Source of the DNA: Euglena gracilis
Taxonomy: Eukaryota
Assembly: GCA_039621445.1 (NCBI GenBank)
Contig: CP154954.1
Coordinates: 45,735,847-45,799,846, forward strand
Reading direction: 5' to 3'
DNA length: 64,000 nucleotides
Of this stretch, positions 13,301-23,500 are shown in pieces. Each line of letters opens with the position of its first letter. Position 1 is the stretch's first letter. The notes beneath the pieces are model-generated. The model saw only the letters and a list, made by a program, of their open reading frames with translations, searched no databases and was not told the origin of the DNA. Both the position numbers and the translations under genes were made by a program.

Positions 13301-15360
13301 ACCGGCTGCAGCTGGAGGAAGAAATCCTCCGATGCCCGGCGCACTCCCAGATTCTCCAAATCGCGCCGCTGTGGTTCGCCGACTTCAAGCCACCGCAACA
13401 GGTTGCCGGGGGGGGGGGGAACTTTCCGAAATTCAGTGCAATTTAAACACGAGGCAGTCAACCATTTTCCAAAAACCAGGCCCTCACCATCACCACAGCA
13501 TGCACCAAACCAGCCCATCACCATGCAGTGCGTTGCAGTCAGCAATTAACGCAGAACCCCACCCACCTGCAGGAAATGTGACGGCCTGGGCTGGTCGCTG
13601 CAGGGTCGCGGTGATCTCCACCAGAGTCGACCAATTCCGGTTATAGTACTCGAGGGCATGAAAATGACTCCCCCACCGCACTTCTGTGGGGATGATCACA
13701 GAGGTTTTTTTGGACAGCGGGGGGGGGAGAGGGCCAGAGAGTCCAGAAAAAAGAATTCCAGAAATATCAGTACCATGAACCTAAAGCATAAAACCGGTGC
13801 AAACAGGAAACTGGAAGCAATTCAATGTGCTAACTGTAACGCACAAAAAGAACCCCACCCCGGGTTCCCAGAACAAAAAAAAAGTCTCTGATTGGGTGGT
13901 AACACGAGGCCACGGGTCACCAGCCCAGCATGCGCAGCGTGGTTCTGTGTAAACCACCGCAGCACGCCGATTACCCGGGATAGCATCTCACTCTGCGGTA
14001 CCAGATCGCGTGAAAGGAGATGCAACCAGTGTGCCTGGCAAGGCACGGGGATGATCTCCGGCACGGTGGCGGCGGTGAAGTTTTCTCTCATTCTGGTCAT
14101 ATTTGACGCCGAATCGGTTGTCAATGCGACCACCGTGACCTGCATCTCGGACGTGACCTTGTCATAGTACTCCTTCGTGATGCTTTCCAAGTAGGCAGCA
14201 GCTGCGGGGATTCTTTCAACCCGCCACAGGAAAACGGCAGTGCGTGAAAGGGGGGGGGTCAGCATTCCAAAAAATCTCCGACTGGTATGCGGCACGCCCG
14301 TCGTGTCCTCACAACCCACAAGGAATGAATCCATGCCCGCCTTCAGGCCCCCTTCCCAAAGGCCAAACCAAAAGGGGGGAACAATGTTTACGCACCTTGG
14401 GACAGAAGCCTGCATACGGCAACCGACACGGCCACCACTGGTTCGTTGGCCCCCGTGGACCAGCCATCCACCATGAGGGTGCCCGTACGGCCGCGAATCT
14501 GTCTCACCACCTTGCCAAACTCCATTTCGTAGATGGAGTTCAGCAATGGTCCTCGCCACACTCCACCTCCACCATCTCTGAATGCAATTGCCTGCATTGA
14601 CCACATTTGAAATCATTTTGCACATTCACATTCGACACATTCCAGAACCAGCCTTCGAATCTGCATTGCATGATTCCATACATTGACACCATTTGGAATG
14701 ACACAACCAACCTGTGAATCTGTAAACTCCAGTCGATGATGCTTACATGGATACGTTTGGAATGACAGGCGCAGCCATTTGGAGGAGGGGCGTGTCCCAG
14801 CAACCTGCTTGCGGCTGGGAACCTTGTACCCCGGACGCAGCGTGTTCATCAGGGTCACGAAGTTGGGGTTCTCCACTGCACGGAATGGTAGCCGACAGCC
14901 AACCACGAAGCGCGCCACCATCAGGTCCAACTTCTGGCGGGTGCGGTTGTCTGTAATTATGGGCTATGGGCAGGGCACCAGGTTGTGACAGAGAAAAAAC
15001 ACGAAGAAAAAAATGGTGCCCTGGTCGCAGGGTGTGTTGGCGGAATACTTTCTTCGCTGGTGGTGGGGTACCATCGGCAGCATCGGCGTCGACCACATCC
15101 AACGACATGGTGCCTGTGCCCTGGGAGCTGTTGCTGCCGCTACTGCTTCCACTCGCACTTTCTCCGTCGGTAATCTGCACCGTCTCCAGCAGGCCCACAG
15201 CGATAAGGCCGGGACAGCTCTCGGCGTGCCGCCACAATCGGCTGACCACAGCACTCTGTTCAGCTCCGCATCCACGACAGGTGGCTTGTACACGTCCCGT
15301 AGGGTCCATACTTCGTGTATAATGGTTCCATACTGTGTCCAGCCGCCGACCGCCAGGCAT
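892..15360 (-). CDS. hAT-superfamily transposase (BED finger, DDE core, C-terminal dimerisation domain), 13 exons, 585 aa, open frame after splicing
   Basis: Inferred exons (minus): 15360-15027, 14965-14799, 14552-14416, 14338-14284, 14199-13894, 13693-13600, 13385-13210, 2251-2198, 2089-1873, 1671-1597, 1400-1359, 1105-1082, 968-892, total 1758 nt. Motifs: VWNHY..CRGC..LWRHAESC (BED), LPFRAVENP..PSRKQV, MVDGWS, TTDSASNM, CQAHWLHL, EVRWGS, WWS..LALRL..TSATLERQLS..LRTRL. Confidence 0.88.
2332..2741 (-). repeat. 3' LTR of element 1
   Basis: Preceded on the minus strand by the PPT GGGAGGGGGA (2742-2751). Confidence 0.95.
4260..4405. repeat. Interrupted poly(A) tract
   Basis: About 140 nt of almost pure A. 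Confidence 0.9.
7200..7590. repeat. Low-complexity TATGCGCG / GCGCCAT repeat
   Basis: Recurrent ATGCGC and GGCGCCATAGGCGC motifs among G runs. Confidence 0.6.
8340..12365 (-). CDS. gag: Gag of element 1 (1341 aa): long coiled-coil N-terminal region, capsid-like region, CCHC zinc knuckle
   Basis: Starts at MQSTTP; contains KPQWDGDPTTWKQFFRDWEYYW and CFLCNQPGHMSRECP; collinear with the Gag of element 2. Confidence 0.88.
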   Translation of the reverse strand: MQSTTPIDYAALIGSLRGLEPAASLTSSNEHSQPHRGTQSLTHFKGNPPSPRVSHLSVSVSSNPSPAQWAPPHLPVSSSIEQTSAQWAPPHLSVSSSIEQPNAQQAQPLLLESRSANTHSPRRDFALVPIGTFDSEAHTPRQLFVEGGLEAPCFFQPPPMLPPTSPIGQLPPPPDTGPFPSLPWHPEMRLTVPAYTSPTESMSSDTEELETIAPQPVTVIQRIVANLPMEHPLTRQISHVHNCVADCAMTLNKVLDFDENNQKVVEHKLDYLWSYLRDVGQYCQTNFQSTNVDVATLRHGLDTHLQAHLPQHFQKVSEAMCETQSRNDAIFSNMQHSLQALSHQLEPIMAIFPQLQQKLHEPPIKHPDMGQFTTLEQFSPLASAFQEAQQRIFQLSGDSAKFSHFSAQANESFAPRTYVQHLEERLSKLEQKSCQCGEIPAEIASFHTQIANIANRTENLQQQWQNDTVEIRTAIADLQNRNVTPRAPSPDISGLKATMADLHKQLQQDVGNIEAALAKLHTRYAEVAGRIPDVTGIQTAIADLYKRMQELSTKMLQVQSPPQGTLPSPTPTPTFPITHLEQICAEMRNENHKIMQGFCDSLMNTEKTVKQDVTQLQNDITALSAQVSVLKEQPMAEKVQDPHSEQPTKPSPQLENITSAMRALVTRVQELDTGFGAISQDFQSISDKIPLLDELPSYRRRIKRLQEDVGRITDNWQVVDHLEQSVHEFATNLDQIHAQLRSTYQNPQSGVVGTLAASSSSKSAIRAPIPESTGTLPPNRVSAHAVVPPLALPVPMDAFSDDESGFQTKTRPTPLLNQEIRDSELIRGMIRTPTPGIGHTSQIRLVAPMVQPCDTPPPHAQPHHHSRNRDSPNLYGTYGTLSGMFHAHSQNYPNNTLSATTGVPARGAISHPGPPRMNTTEGPRVSQKDFKGTIAIANKVKPQWDGDPTTWKQFFRDWEYYWDLKGPTQDDNPEGIKMEFIDCLPRVEKERARQLVIGRRISFEELVEQYASSCSSLVSRISLENKWRQFTPPDRKWKSIDLWYSKWLALAAEVDELGETQIKEQFDAVLLRYIPKLIKEIKREELAGHFLSLDERWNYVSKQMKLSQLLGQIESAYHHHPSAGAPTGSVHAVQRTTSPKSPKSPSSDSKTRYPRSNPKSPTRESKPRYSRSSDQFSDKVCFLCNQPGHMSRECPNPQARKRSKSPRGSLSSWSSHSSQSAQSQKSQNRFDTNKYPHSRSKYSHCGSYNHHSSNCRYATSPHSSRCHRDINRSSKEHSSAKRQKSVFEKSSIEENDPAWGREGDETPFKKEHHPRLTDRKFRDVYASRKSKADMATSSDFE
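12600..12624 (-). promoter_or_regulatory. Primer-binding site complementary to the initiator tRNA-Met 3' end
   Basis: TGGTAGCAGTTTAGGTTTTCGATCC directly abuts the LTR; eukaryotic tRNA-iMet typically ends ...GGAUCGAAACC...CUGCUACCA. Confidence 0.8.
12625..13034 (-). repeat. 5' LTR of element 1
   Basis: Matches 2332-2741; termini TGTGTACC...CGTACACT. Confidence 0.95.
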
Positions 15361-15367
15361 GGGGCAC

Positions 15368-15390
15368 CTGAGTGACAGGGCAGAAAAGGA
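15368..15390 (-). promoter_or_regulatory. Candidate trans-splice acceptor: pyrimidine tract plus CAG, 7 nt upstream of the hAT ATG
   Basis: Minus strand reads TCCTTTTCTGCCCTGTCACTCAG|GTGCCCCATG. Euglenozoan mRNAs receive a spliced leader; use of this site is inferred. Confidence 0.4.
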
Positions 15391-15508
15391 CACGCCGTGA
15401 GCGCGAGGGCAAGCAGATCCTACTTTGAGTTTCCGACAGTTTCCGACAGCATTTCGACATTTTTGACGTTTTATTCCTTGTCGAAATGGTCTTTTTGTCT
15501 TTTTCCTA

Positions 15509-15805
15509 GGGCCACAGATCGTGGCAGTTTTGGGCCACAGGTCGTGGCCAGTTTTGGGCCACAGGCAGTGTGGAGTTAAGTGTCTTTTACTACAAAAGTT
15601 TCAAAATTGGCCACCCAAAACTGGGCAGCACATCGGGCCCAAAAATGGCCAGATGTCGTGGCCAGTTTTGGGCCTGCCCAAAACTGGCCACGACCTGTGG
15701 CCCAAAACTGGGCAGCACATCTGGCCCAAAACTGGCCAGATGTGCTGGCCAGTTTTGGGCCAGATGTGCTGCCCAGTTTTGGGGCCAGCCCAAAACTGGC
15801 CACCA
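15509..15805. repeat. Array of 24-bp CCCAAAACTGG(C/G)CA units in mixed orientations
   Basis: About 10 units in direct and inverted orientation; they explain the overlapping repetitive ORFs here. Confidence 0.8.
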
Positions 15806-15939
15806 AAACAACATCAGAGTGCACCAGAACACCATTTTGCAAACAAGGACGGACAAACCTTCTAACAAAACTTGTAAACAAAACCTTCTAACTTCAAGTC
15901 ACAGCAACAAGAATCAGAAAATACACACGTTGTCTCCGC

Positions 15940-16801
15940 CAGGGTTGGATGGTTAATCGAAAAACGGTTAATCGCTTGTGACCCCCCCAGTTAATCGATC
16001 GTTTGTGGGGGGGACAATTAACCATGGTTAATCGAAAAACGGTTAATCGCGTGTGCCCCCCCAGTTAATCGACCTTTTTTTTGGCGGAAATCAAACATGT
16101 CTTGGGTTTAGGAACATTTCTCTACCCTTTGGGGACTTACCATGCCCCCCCATATAAGACCCCCCCCCCCCTGGCCGACCAAAGGCCGGCCCTTTGGCCG
16201 GGCCTGGGGGGCCTAGGCCCCCCCCAGGATTTTGGCTCCCGAGGGGGGGTTTTATATGGGGGGGGCATGGTAGACACCGGGTGGGGATGGACCCCGTTGT
16301 GTGTGGTCATTGAAATTCCCTTTTGGAAAAGAGGCACTTTTCAACTGCAACACCCAACATAACCCTTCGGAGGAGGGGTGGTAATTGTCATCGGATAAAA
16401 GAAGCTGTGACCCCAGTGATTTGCGCAATCGCCATAGTGATTGCTCCGTTGATGCGCTCGTGTTTGTGCAAATGAATTTACGCCAACTTGGCTATCTGAC
16501 CCATTAGACAGGCAACGGAGATCCGTGTGGTTTTCATTTTTTTGGTTTGTTTTGGCTCATGATCCATCCAATGAATGAGAGTCCGAGCTCTGGTTTGGGG
16601 ATGATGTTTTCAAGCACCAATTTGGCAAGGTGTACAACACTACTCAAGGGTAGGGACACTTTGAATTTTTTTGTGGTGGTTAATCGAAATTAATCGAGGG
16701 AAAGGCACAGTTAATCGAAAATTGGTTAATCGCTCGTTGACCCCCAGTTAACCATGGTTAATCGCTTGACCCCAAAAATAACGGTTAATTGCCCAACCCT
16801 G
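15940..16801. mobile_element. hAT-like MITE
   Basis: TIR CAGGGTTGG...CCAACCCTG; flanking duplication TCTCCGC (7 bp, or 8 bp if the terminal G is shared); GGTTAATCG subterminal repeats at both ends. Confidence 0.82.
16140..16270. mobile_element. Tc1/mariner-type MITE nested in the hAT-like MITE
   Basis: TA|CCATGCCCCCCCATATAA...TTATATGGGGGGGGCATGG|TA. Confidence 0.75.
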
Positions 16802-17459
16802 TCTCCGCAACGAATACAAAATGGAGCAGTTTTGCAGGGACATGCTCAGGTCCAGATTATCAATCTTTCCGATGACTCATCATCATGTCCTTCCAATAAA
16901 CTTCGACAACTGTGAGATCTGTAGCAGAGAAAAATGAACATTCACTGACAGAATTGTTTGGCAAACCTTTGTCATGGGGAGCTTGACAATGCAAATCCCA
17001 CTCAAAGTTTTCAATATCTCCTCAAATTTCTTTAGCCTCATCTGTGGCAGGCTGTCACAGTGTTGCAGTCAATGACTTTCCCATAACGTCATTTATGAAG
17101 TTGAACTCCAGAACCACCACTTTGTAGCCTGGCATCTGGGAGAAGAGAATTTGGGTCGCGAAATCCTAATTTCGCGATTTTTGAAATTTCCGGAAATTTC
17201 CAATTTCCGGAAATTAAATTAAACAAATTTCGGAAATTTGCCCAATGCTAACTCTAAACGTCCTGGAGTTTACCATAATACCATGGGGGGAGGGGTTCTG
17301 TAAATTGCACATTTTGCATTTTTTTGCAGCATCCAAAAATCCTGGAAATTTGCATTCTTGATGTAAAATTTTCTAATCTGTCTCGGGGAGGTCGGCACTA
17401 GGGGGGGGGGGCAAAAAATCCCAACAAAAAAGGGGGGGGAGGGGGGGTCTACTGGATTG

Positions 17460-17998
17460 CCAACGCTCCTGGAAAGAGTTCCAAAAAAACAAGGGGGCTA
17501 TCCAGTGATTTTGGAACGAAGCAAACAGGCACTTTCTTGTCCGTTTTCTTTGCTTGCAAATGTGTTAGACCATCGATTTTGTGGGAAGAGTCTGACGCCA
17601 TCCACTTCTTGGTGGCAGGCCGGGCGTCTCTCGGGCTTCCCTGACCCCCTTGTGTCTGTTGCCTTGCGATTGTGTGCGTGCATATGTTCCACGGCCAACT
17701 TGGAACGTAATTTTTCAACCATGGGGTCAATGCAACAATTCGGTGTTCATGGGCAAAAACATGTTGATTCAAACTGGTGCAAATCCAGCAATGAGATTTT
17801 TTTCAAGGAGTCACTTGGCAGCTTCATCAAACAAAAGAGTGCTCTGGGAGGTTCAAGAAAAGGAATTGTTGCATTTCATCACACGTGTATGGTAAACTGC
17901 GTTCTCGCCTGTCAGTTGACAAGGCGAACAAGCTCACTTTCCTTTACCGCTGTTTCAATGCGTTCGGTTGCGACGAGCAATTGGACAACGAGGAGTGA
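17460..17998 (+). pseudogene. C-terminal fragment of a second hAT transposase, with one hairpin intron (17726-17880) and an internal deletion
   Basis: LANVLDHRFCGKSLT..SWWQAGRLSGFP..VALRLCACICSTANLERNFSTMG|HVYGKLRSRLSVDKANKLTFLYR aligns by eye to the C-terminus of the first hAT; TIR-like CCAACCCTG at 18284-18292. Confidence 0.8.
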
Positions 17999-18675
17999 AC
18001 CCTATGAAATACAGCGGCCTTTCAAATGTGCCATGCCTTGATTCACTTGGTAGGTTTTTTTTTTGGATGGAGATTTGTGGCATCAATTAAAAAAAAGAAT
18101 GGAAAAAAATGCCATTTTCTCGTTCATCTCCCTCGAAGATGTTTTCGACTTTTCCCCCGAAAGGGCGATTTTCAAAAAAAAACACAAGAATTTTGCATTT
18201 TCAAAAAAAACATGTTTTTTATTGCGTTTTTTTTTAAAAAAAAACACGTTTTTTTGTTTTTTTTAAAAAAACAAAAAAAAACGCCAACCCTGAAAAAAAG
18301 TGCGCTTGTGGTGAACGTCACCGGTGAAGTTCACCGTTGGCGTAAGGTTGAGGGAGGGAGAGAGGAGGACCACCAGTGCAGTTTCAAACGGTAAGCTTCA
18401 CCGTTGGTGGGGGATCCAACTGGCCAAACTTTGCTGATGTTTCAGGGTTTCTAAGGTCCGAAATTTCGCTGCTTTCTGATACTTCCTACCTCAAGTCACC
18501 TTTTCACACGAGACTTGGTTTATTTGAGTAATTTTTTCTTTGGTTTGGTTTGGTTTGACCATTTCAGAGTGACATAGAGGGTGAGATAGAGGTAGAGGTA
18601 GAGGTGGAGGTCCACAATGTAGAGGTAGAGTCTTTCGACCTCTACCTCTACCTCTATCCAGCCCTGCATGGTGTA

Positions 18676-19238
18676 CCACCCCCCCCCCTTTATTTGCCCC
18701 CCCCCCTTACCATCCCCCCCCCCATTATGCACCTCCCCCGGGAGGCCGAAATTGGGGGGGAGGTACACAATGGGGGGGGAGGTACACAATGGGGGGGTAC
18801 CCAGGTCCCATTCCCAGACCCGACCGAACAGCCCCAAAAGGGGTCATTTTTGGCAACTTTTTGGATGTTCACAATAAATGGTCAATTTTCAGCACATTTG
18901 CCAAATATCACTTTTTGAAAACGTCTCAAAAACGTCGATTTTTGAGCACTTTTTTGGGAAATTCTTTAGAAAAAGTGTTATGACAGTGAGCTACCATCCC
19001 CCCCCATTGTGTACCTCCCCCCCAGGGGGTACACAATGGGGGGGGTACATAATGGGGGGGGATGGTAATTGAGCATTTGGGTCTGGGGAAAATTTTCTTT
19101 CATGCACCGAAGGCGCCGATAATTTTTTTGCCCTTTTTATAAAGGAATTTTTGACCCCCCCTTGTTTGACCCCCCCCCCCTTATTTGAGCATTTGGGGGG
19201 TCCGTTGGCCCATGGGTGTGCTCAAATAAAGGGGGGGG
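18676..19238. mobile_element. TA-flanked MITE containing a nested TA-flanked MITE (18710-19065)
   Basis: Outer TIR CCCCCCCCTTTATTTG/CAAATAAAGGGGGGGG; inner TIR CCATCCCCCC..CATTATG/CATAATGGGGGGGGATGG. Confidence 0.65.
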
Positions 19239-19563
19239 TATCCATGTTCAAAAGCAACCTTTCTTTGGATTTTCTCTCCACCCAACAACCCAGTTCCATC
19301 GGCTCTCTTACTCCCGCTGTCTAGCCAAAACAAACTCCAGTGCTTGAATATAATTTTTTTTGAGAGGGAGCTTTGCCAGGATATTCTTATCGACTTTTTT
19401 AGAGGACAAGATTTTTGGGGGTGTTCCCCCCATCACCCCCCGTGATCTGAGACCCTTTTTGGCCAAAATTTTTGGAAACAAATTTTGCCGGTGATGCCTA
19501 CCATGCCCCCCCCCCCCGAGCTGTCCCCCCCCCCCCTGAGCTATTCCCACAGGGGGGACGGTA

Positions 19564-20009
19564 CAGTCCCTCGGCGTAAATTGTCCCCCCCGAAAATTTT
19601 CCCCCTTGAAATTTCGGAATTTTCCTGGATTTGCAAAAGGCTCCGAAACGGTCGAAAATTTCCTCCCCCCCCTTCAGCCCCAGAGGAACGGCAAAGACAG
19701 GTGGGTTGTGACTTTTTTTTATTTGTATGATGTGAACCCTCAACGCATATTCTTGCAATACCCAAGCCTTGAAGCCATTGGTGGCAGAGCAATAAGACCC
19801 ACCTCCCTGAAAAGAGGTGTTTGGGAATATATCACAACCACAATATACGGCAAATGAATTCCGAATGCCGGCAGGCTTCATGGCTTGAAAGAAAAGAAGA
19901 CACTAGGGAGGGACAGGGCAAAGTGTCCGAAACGGCCGAAAATTCCTCCCCCCCCTGGTCAAGAGCCCAAAAAACCCTCCCTGGGGGGGAAATTTATGCC
20001 CAGGGACTG
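19564..20009. mobile_element. Tc1/pogo-like MITE
   Basis: TA|CAGTCCCTCGGCGTAAATT...AATTTATGCCCAGGGACTG|TA. Confidence 0.75.
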
Positions 20010-20367
20010 TAATAGCTCACTGTCATGGCACTTGTTATAAAGAACTTCTCAAAAAACTGAATCGAGCCACCAAAAATGTGGTGTTCCCCCAGGCCCCCCC
20101 CCCCCCCCGTGACCCGAACCACCCCCTCAGCCATTTTTGGGTGTGAATGTGCATTGGGCAGAACAAGGAGACGGTAATGGCTTGTGAAACTTCACTTTTT
20201 AAAGAAACCGCTCTGGTTATGATACCCAGAATGGTGGTGTCCCCGCGTCCTCCCCCCGCGCCCCCCCCCCCGCGTCCCCAACACCCCCGAAGTGTCCACG
20301 GGGGCTCAACAAAAATGTCTATCGTTTTGTTGAAACCGGGTGCGGGGCTCCCAAACTCTATATCAAG

Positions 20368-20490
20368 AACTGCGTCTTAAACGCAGACTCTGACCTGAGT
20401 CTGCGTTTCGAAACGCAGACTCAGGCCTTCGGCCTGAGTCTGCGTTTCGAAACGCAGACTCAGGTCAGAGTCTGCGTTTAAGACGCAGTT
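20368..20490. repeat. 123-bp perfect palindrome built from nested palindromes
   Basis: AACTGCGTCTTAAACGCAGACTC...GGCC-TTC-GGCC...GAGTCTGCGTTTAAGACGCAGTT. Confidence 0.9.
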
Positions 20491-20580
20491 ATTTAAGGCT
20501 GTGTTTATAAAGCAACATGGCTTTGGTCAAAGTCTGTGTTTCAGAACCTCGACGAAGGACGGCAGACTGACGACATATTT

Positions 20581-23500
20581 TTATAGGTGCCGCCCCGGCG
20601 GCGCGAATGTCAGTAGGATTTGGGGGAGGGTCCCCGAATCCACAGACGAGCAGTTAACGCTACTGGGAAAACTTTGAATAAAAAAATTTTCGGGTATCTC
20701 AAATCGATCAATTTCCGGACGGGAATGTCCCCCTGCTGCCCGGAGGCTCAAATCGGCTCCGTACGGAAGATCGGCCGCCCGTCAGATATGTGATGCGCAT
20801 TCCTAAACTGCACATGGTGATATAAGAATTTGGTTCTAACTCGCTTTGTAGCGGGAGATAGGGCTCGCATTCGGCAAACGGGCGGCCGCGATTGACGGCG
20901 ATGCAGACTGGAGGACTGGAATGAACACAAGAAGGTGTCAACCATCTATTTATTTTCCATCCAGATCACAGTGCAATCCAAAGAAGTCATTTGTAACTAT
21001 CAATTATTTTTTTTGAGCCGAAATGGTGATTATGTTTTTTTTGATGCTTTTCACTTCACAGTTGAGGTATGATCCCTGTCACTTGTTCTTTGCGGAGTTG
21101 ATCTTTTCAAGTTGCTGCTGAAATTAGGCTGTGTTGATCTTTTCCGCAGTTGTGCTGGTGAAAACTTTTGTTGAGAAAATCTGTCACGCACACGTCACAT
21201 GATTTCACAGGATAATGTCAAAATGTCTGTGTTAAAAACGAATTTTCCTTCTTCTTTTGCTTTCATTTTCTTCAGTTCCTTCACCTTTATCTCAATTCCC
21301 TGATTAAGGAATTCGACACACAACATCAACTCTGGGCTGTGTTGGAAGCTGGGGGGTGAGCAGTGTATCCTGAGGAATCATGATGCATGAAATGTGTGAG
21401 ATGTTGCAGGAATGATCGTTGTCACAGATACCCAGATGAAACGTTCAGGATTTTTTGTTTGGAATATTGTCCTTGAAAAGGTCCTTATGAAACAGCTACA
21501 TGCCACAGACTTAATTATTATGCCTCCTACTTGCATATTTTGCCAAACACCAGGTGAAGACGGTCTGCATCCGTAAAAACACAAGCACTGCAACTGAAAA
21601 CAAACAGGCACTATGATACAAAAATACAAAAAAATGCAAATTTGAAATTGAAATGAAATGCTCAGCCAGTTATGGACCACTGGTTTTATCGTTGGATGGA
21701 AAGTGTTGTTTTCCGTTCACAGATTTTCACAACATTTTTTGAATGGCAGCCTTCCCCCCCCCCCCCCGTCTTTGGGGCATCCCCTGAAATACTTTTTTTT
21801 AAGGCAGCCCCCCAGGTTTTGGGCACAGTATGTACTCCTCAGTTTTTGGGCCACAGTCCGTCATTTTTTTTTAAAGGCAGCCCCCTTGAAAAATTTCGGC
21901 CTTGGTCCTTTCTTTTTACCCCCCCCGCCGCGATCCGTGCTTTTTTTTGGGCAGCCCAGGTGATAAATTAGGGCCACGGTCCGTACTTCGGGAACCCCCC
22001 CCCCCCGAAACATCTGGTACGCACGAGAAAACGGCAGCCCAGTTAAAAAAAAAAGGGCCGCAATCTGTGTTTTGTGAGCCCCCCCCGTAAATTTAGACTA
22101 CGATCTGTACTTTTTCATGGCAGCCCAGCCAAGGTTGACAGTTTTTTTTTCTCTCAAAAAAAAAACATCTTTTATAATGCCAATTAAAATAAAATAAAAA
22201 GTCACCAAGAGCCTCGAGAAATTTTTTTTGAAGGATTTCTTCGACAAAACTGCTGGATATCACTAATTTTGGTGCTAAAAGCCCACTTTAACTTCAATTT
22301 TTTTAAAAAAAATGTTCAAAAATCTTAACTTGGGATTTGGCCCAACAACTCCATCGGCAGTTTCTCAAAAAAAAAAGACCAAAAAATGGATTTTTTGTCG
22401 ATTTCTGGAAAAAGATTGAAGTTTTTGAAAAATTGGTGTTTTTCACCGAAAACAGGCATTTTTTGCATTTTCAAAAAAAAAACAACGCGTTTTTAGAAAG
22501 CATCTCAGAATTTTGGGACACAATCCGTATTTTTTTGGCAACCCAACTGAAATCCAGCGGTTCCGGCCTTTTTTTTGGGTAGCTCAGCTGAACATCTAGG
22601 GCCACAATCAGTGTCTTTGGGGGGGGGGGGGGCAGCTGAAAATTCAGGACCACAATCCATGCTTTTGTTCCCCCCCCCGAAAATTTGGACCACACTCTGT
22701 ACTTTTTTTTGGTCACCCCTCATCCCCTCTCGAATTTAGGGCCACAATCCGCACTTTTTTTCGGGCAGCCCCAGCTGAAAATTCAGGGCCACGATCCCCC
22801 ACCTTTTTTCAGGGGCAATCCCCCGAAACATCGGGGCCACACTCCGTATTTTTGGGGGGGCAGCCCAGCTGAAAATTTGGGGCCACAATCCTTGCTGTTT
22901 CTTTGGGCAGCCAGCTGAAAATTTAGGGCCACGATCCGCACTTTTTGGGTCTGGGGGGGGGTTGAACAAAAACCCCAGGTTCGCACATCTGGAAAACCCC
23001 AAGGTGCAACAAAAATTTACCCTAATTCTGAAGAAAAACCCCCAAAAAAGTGCGGATAGATGGACCCTAACCCTACTAAAATTTTCAGCTGGGGTGCTCA
23101 AAAACAGTATGCGTCGCGGCCCATTGCGTTGGGGGGGGGGTGCCCAAAAACAGTTCCCAGAATTCAGCTAGCTGGCAGCCCAGCTGAAAATTTAGGGCGA
23201 AATCCGTGCACAAAAAAACCCACCGAAAAACCATAAATCTGGGAATCCCCAAGCAGTGCAACAAAAATTTACCAACCGCAATCACCCTTACCCCCCCCCA
23301 TTTGGCAAATACCCGGGCTCATTCAGACCCTCAAGTAGACAATCAGGGGGGGGGGGGTTCGAGGACCCCGACCCCCTAATTTTTTATGTGCAAAATTTGT
23401 CGGTTTTCTGTACATAGTCATGACTTTTTCTAATCGGACAAATCCTAAAATTTTCGAAACGGACGTTTTTGGAGGATTTTCCAGCCCTTTTTGCAGCCTT

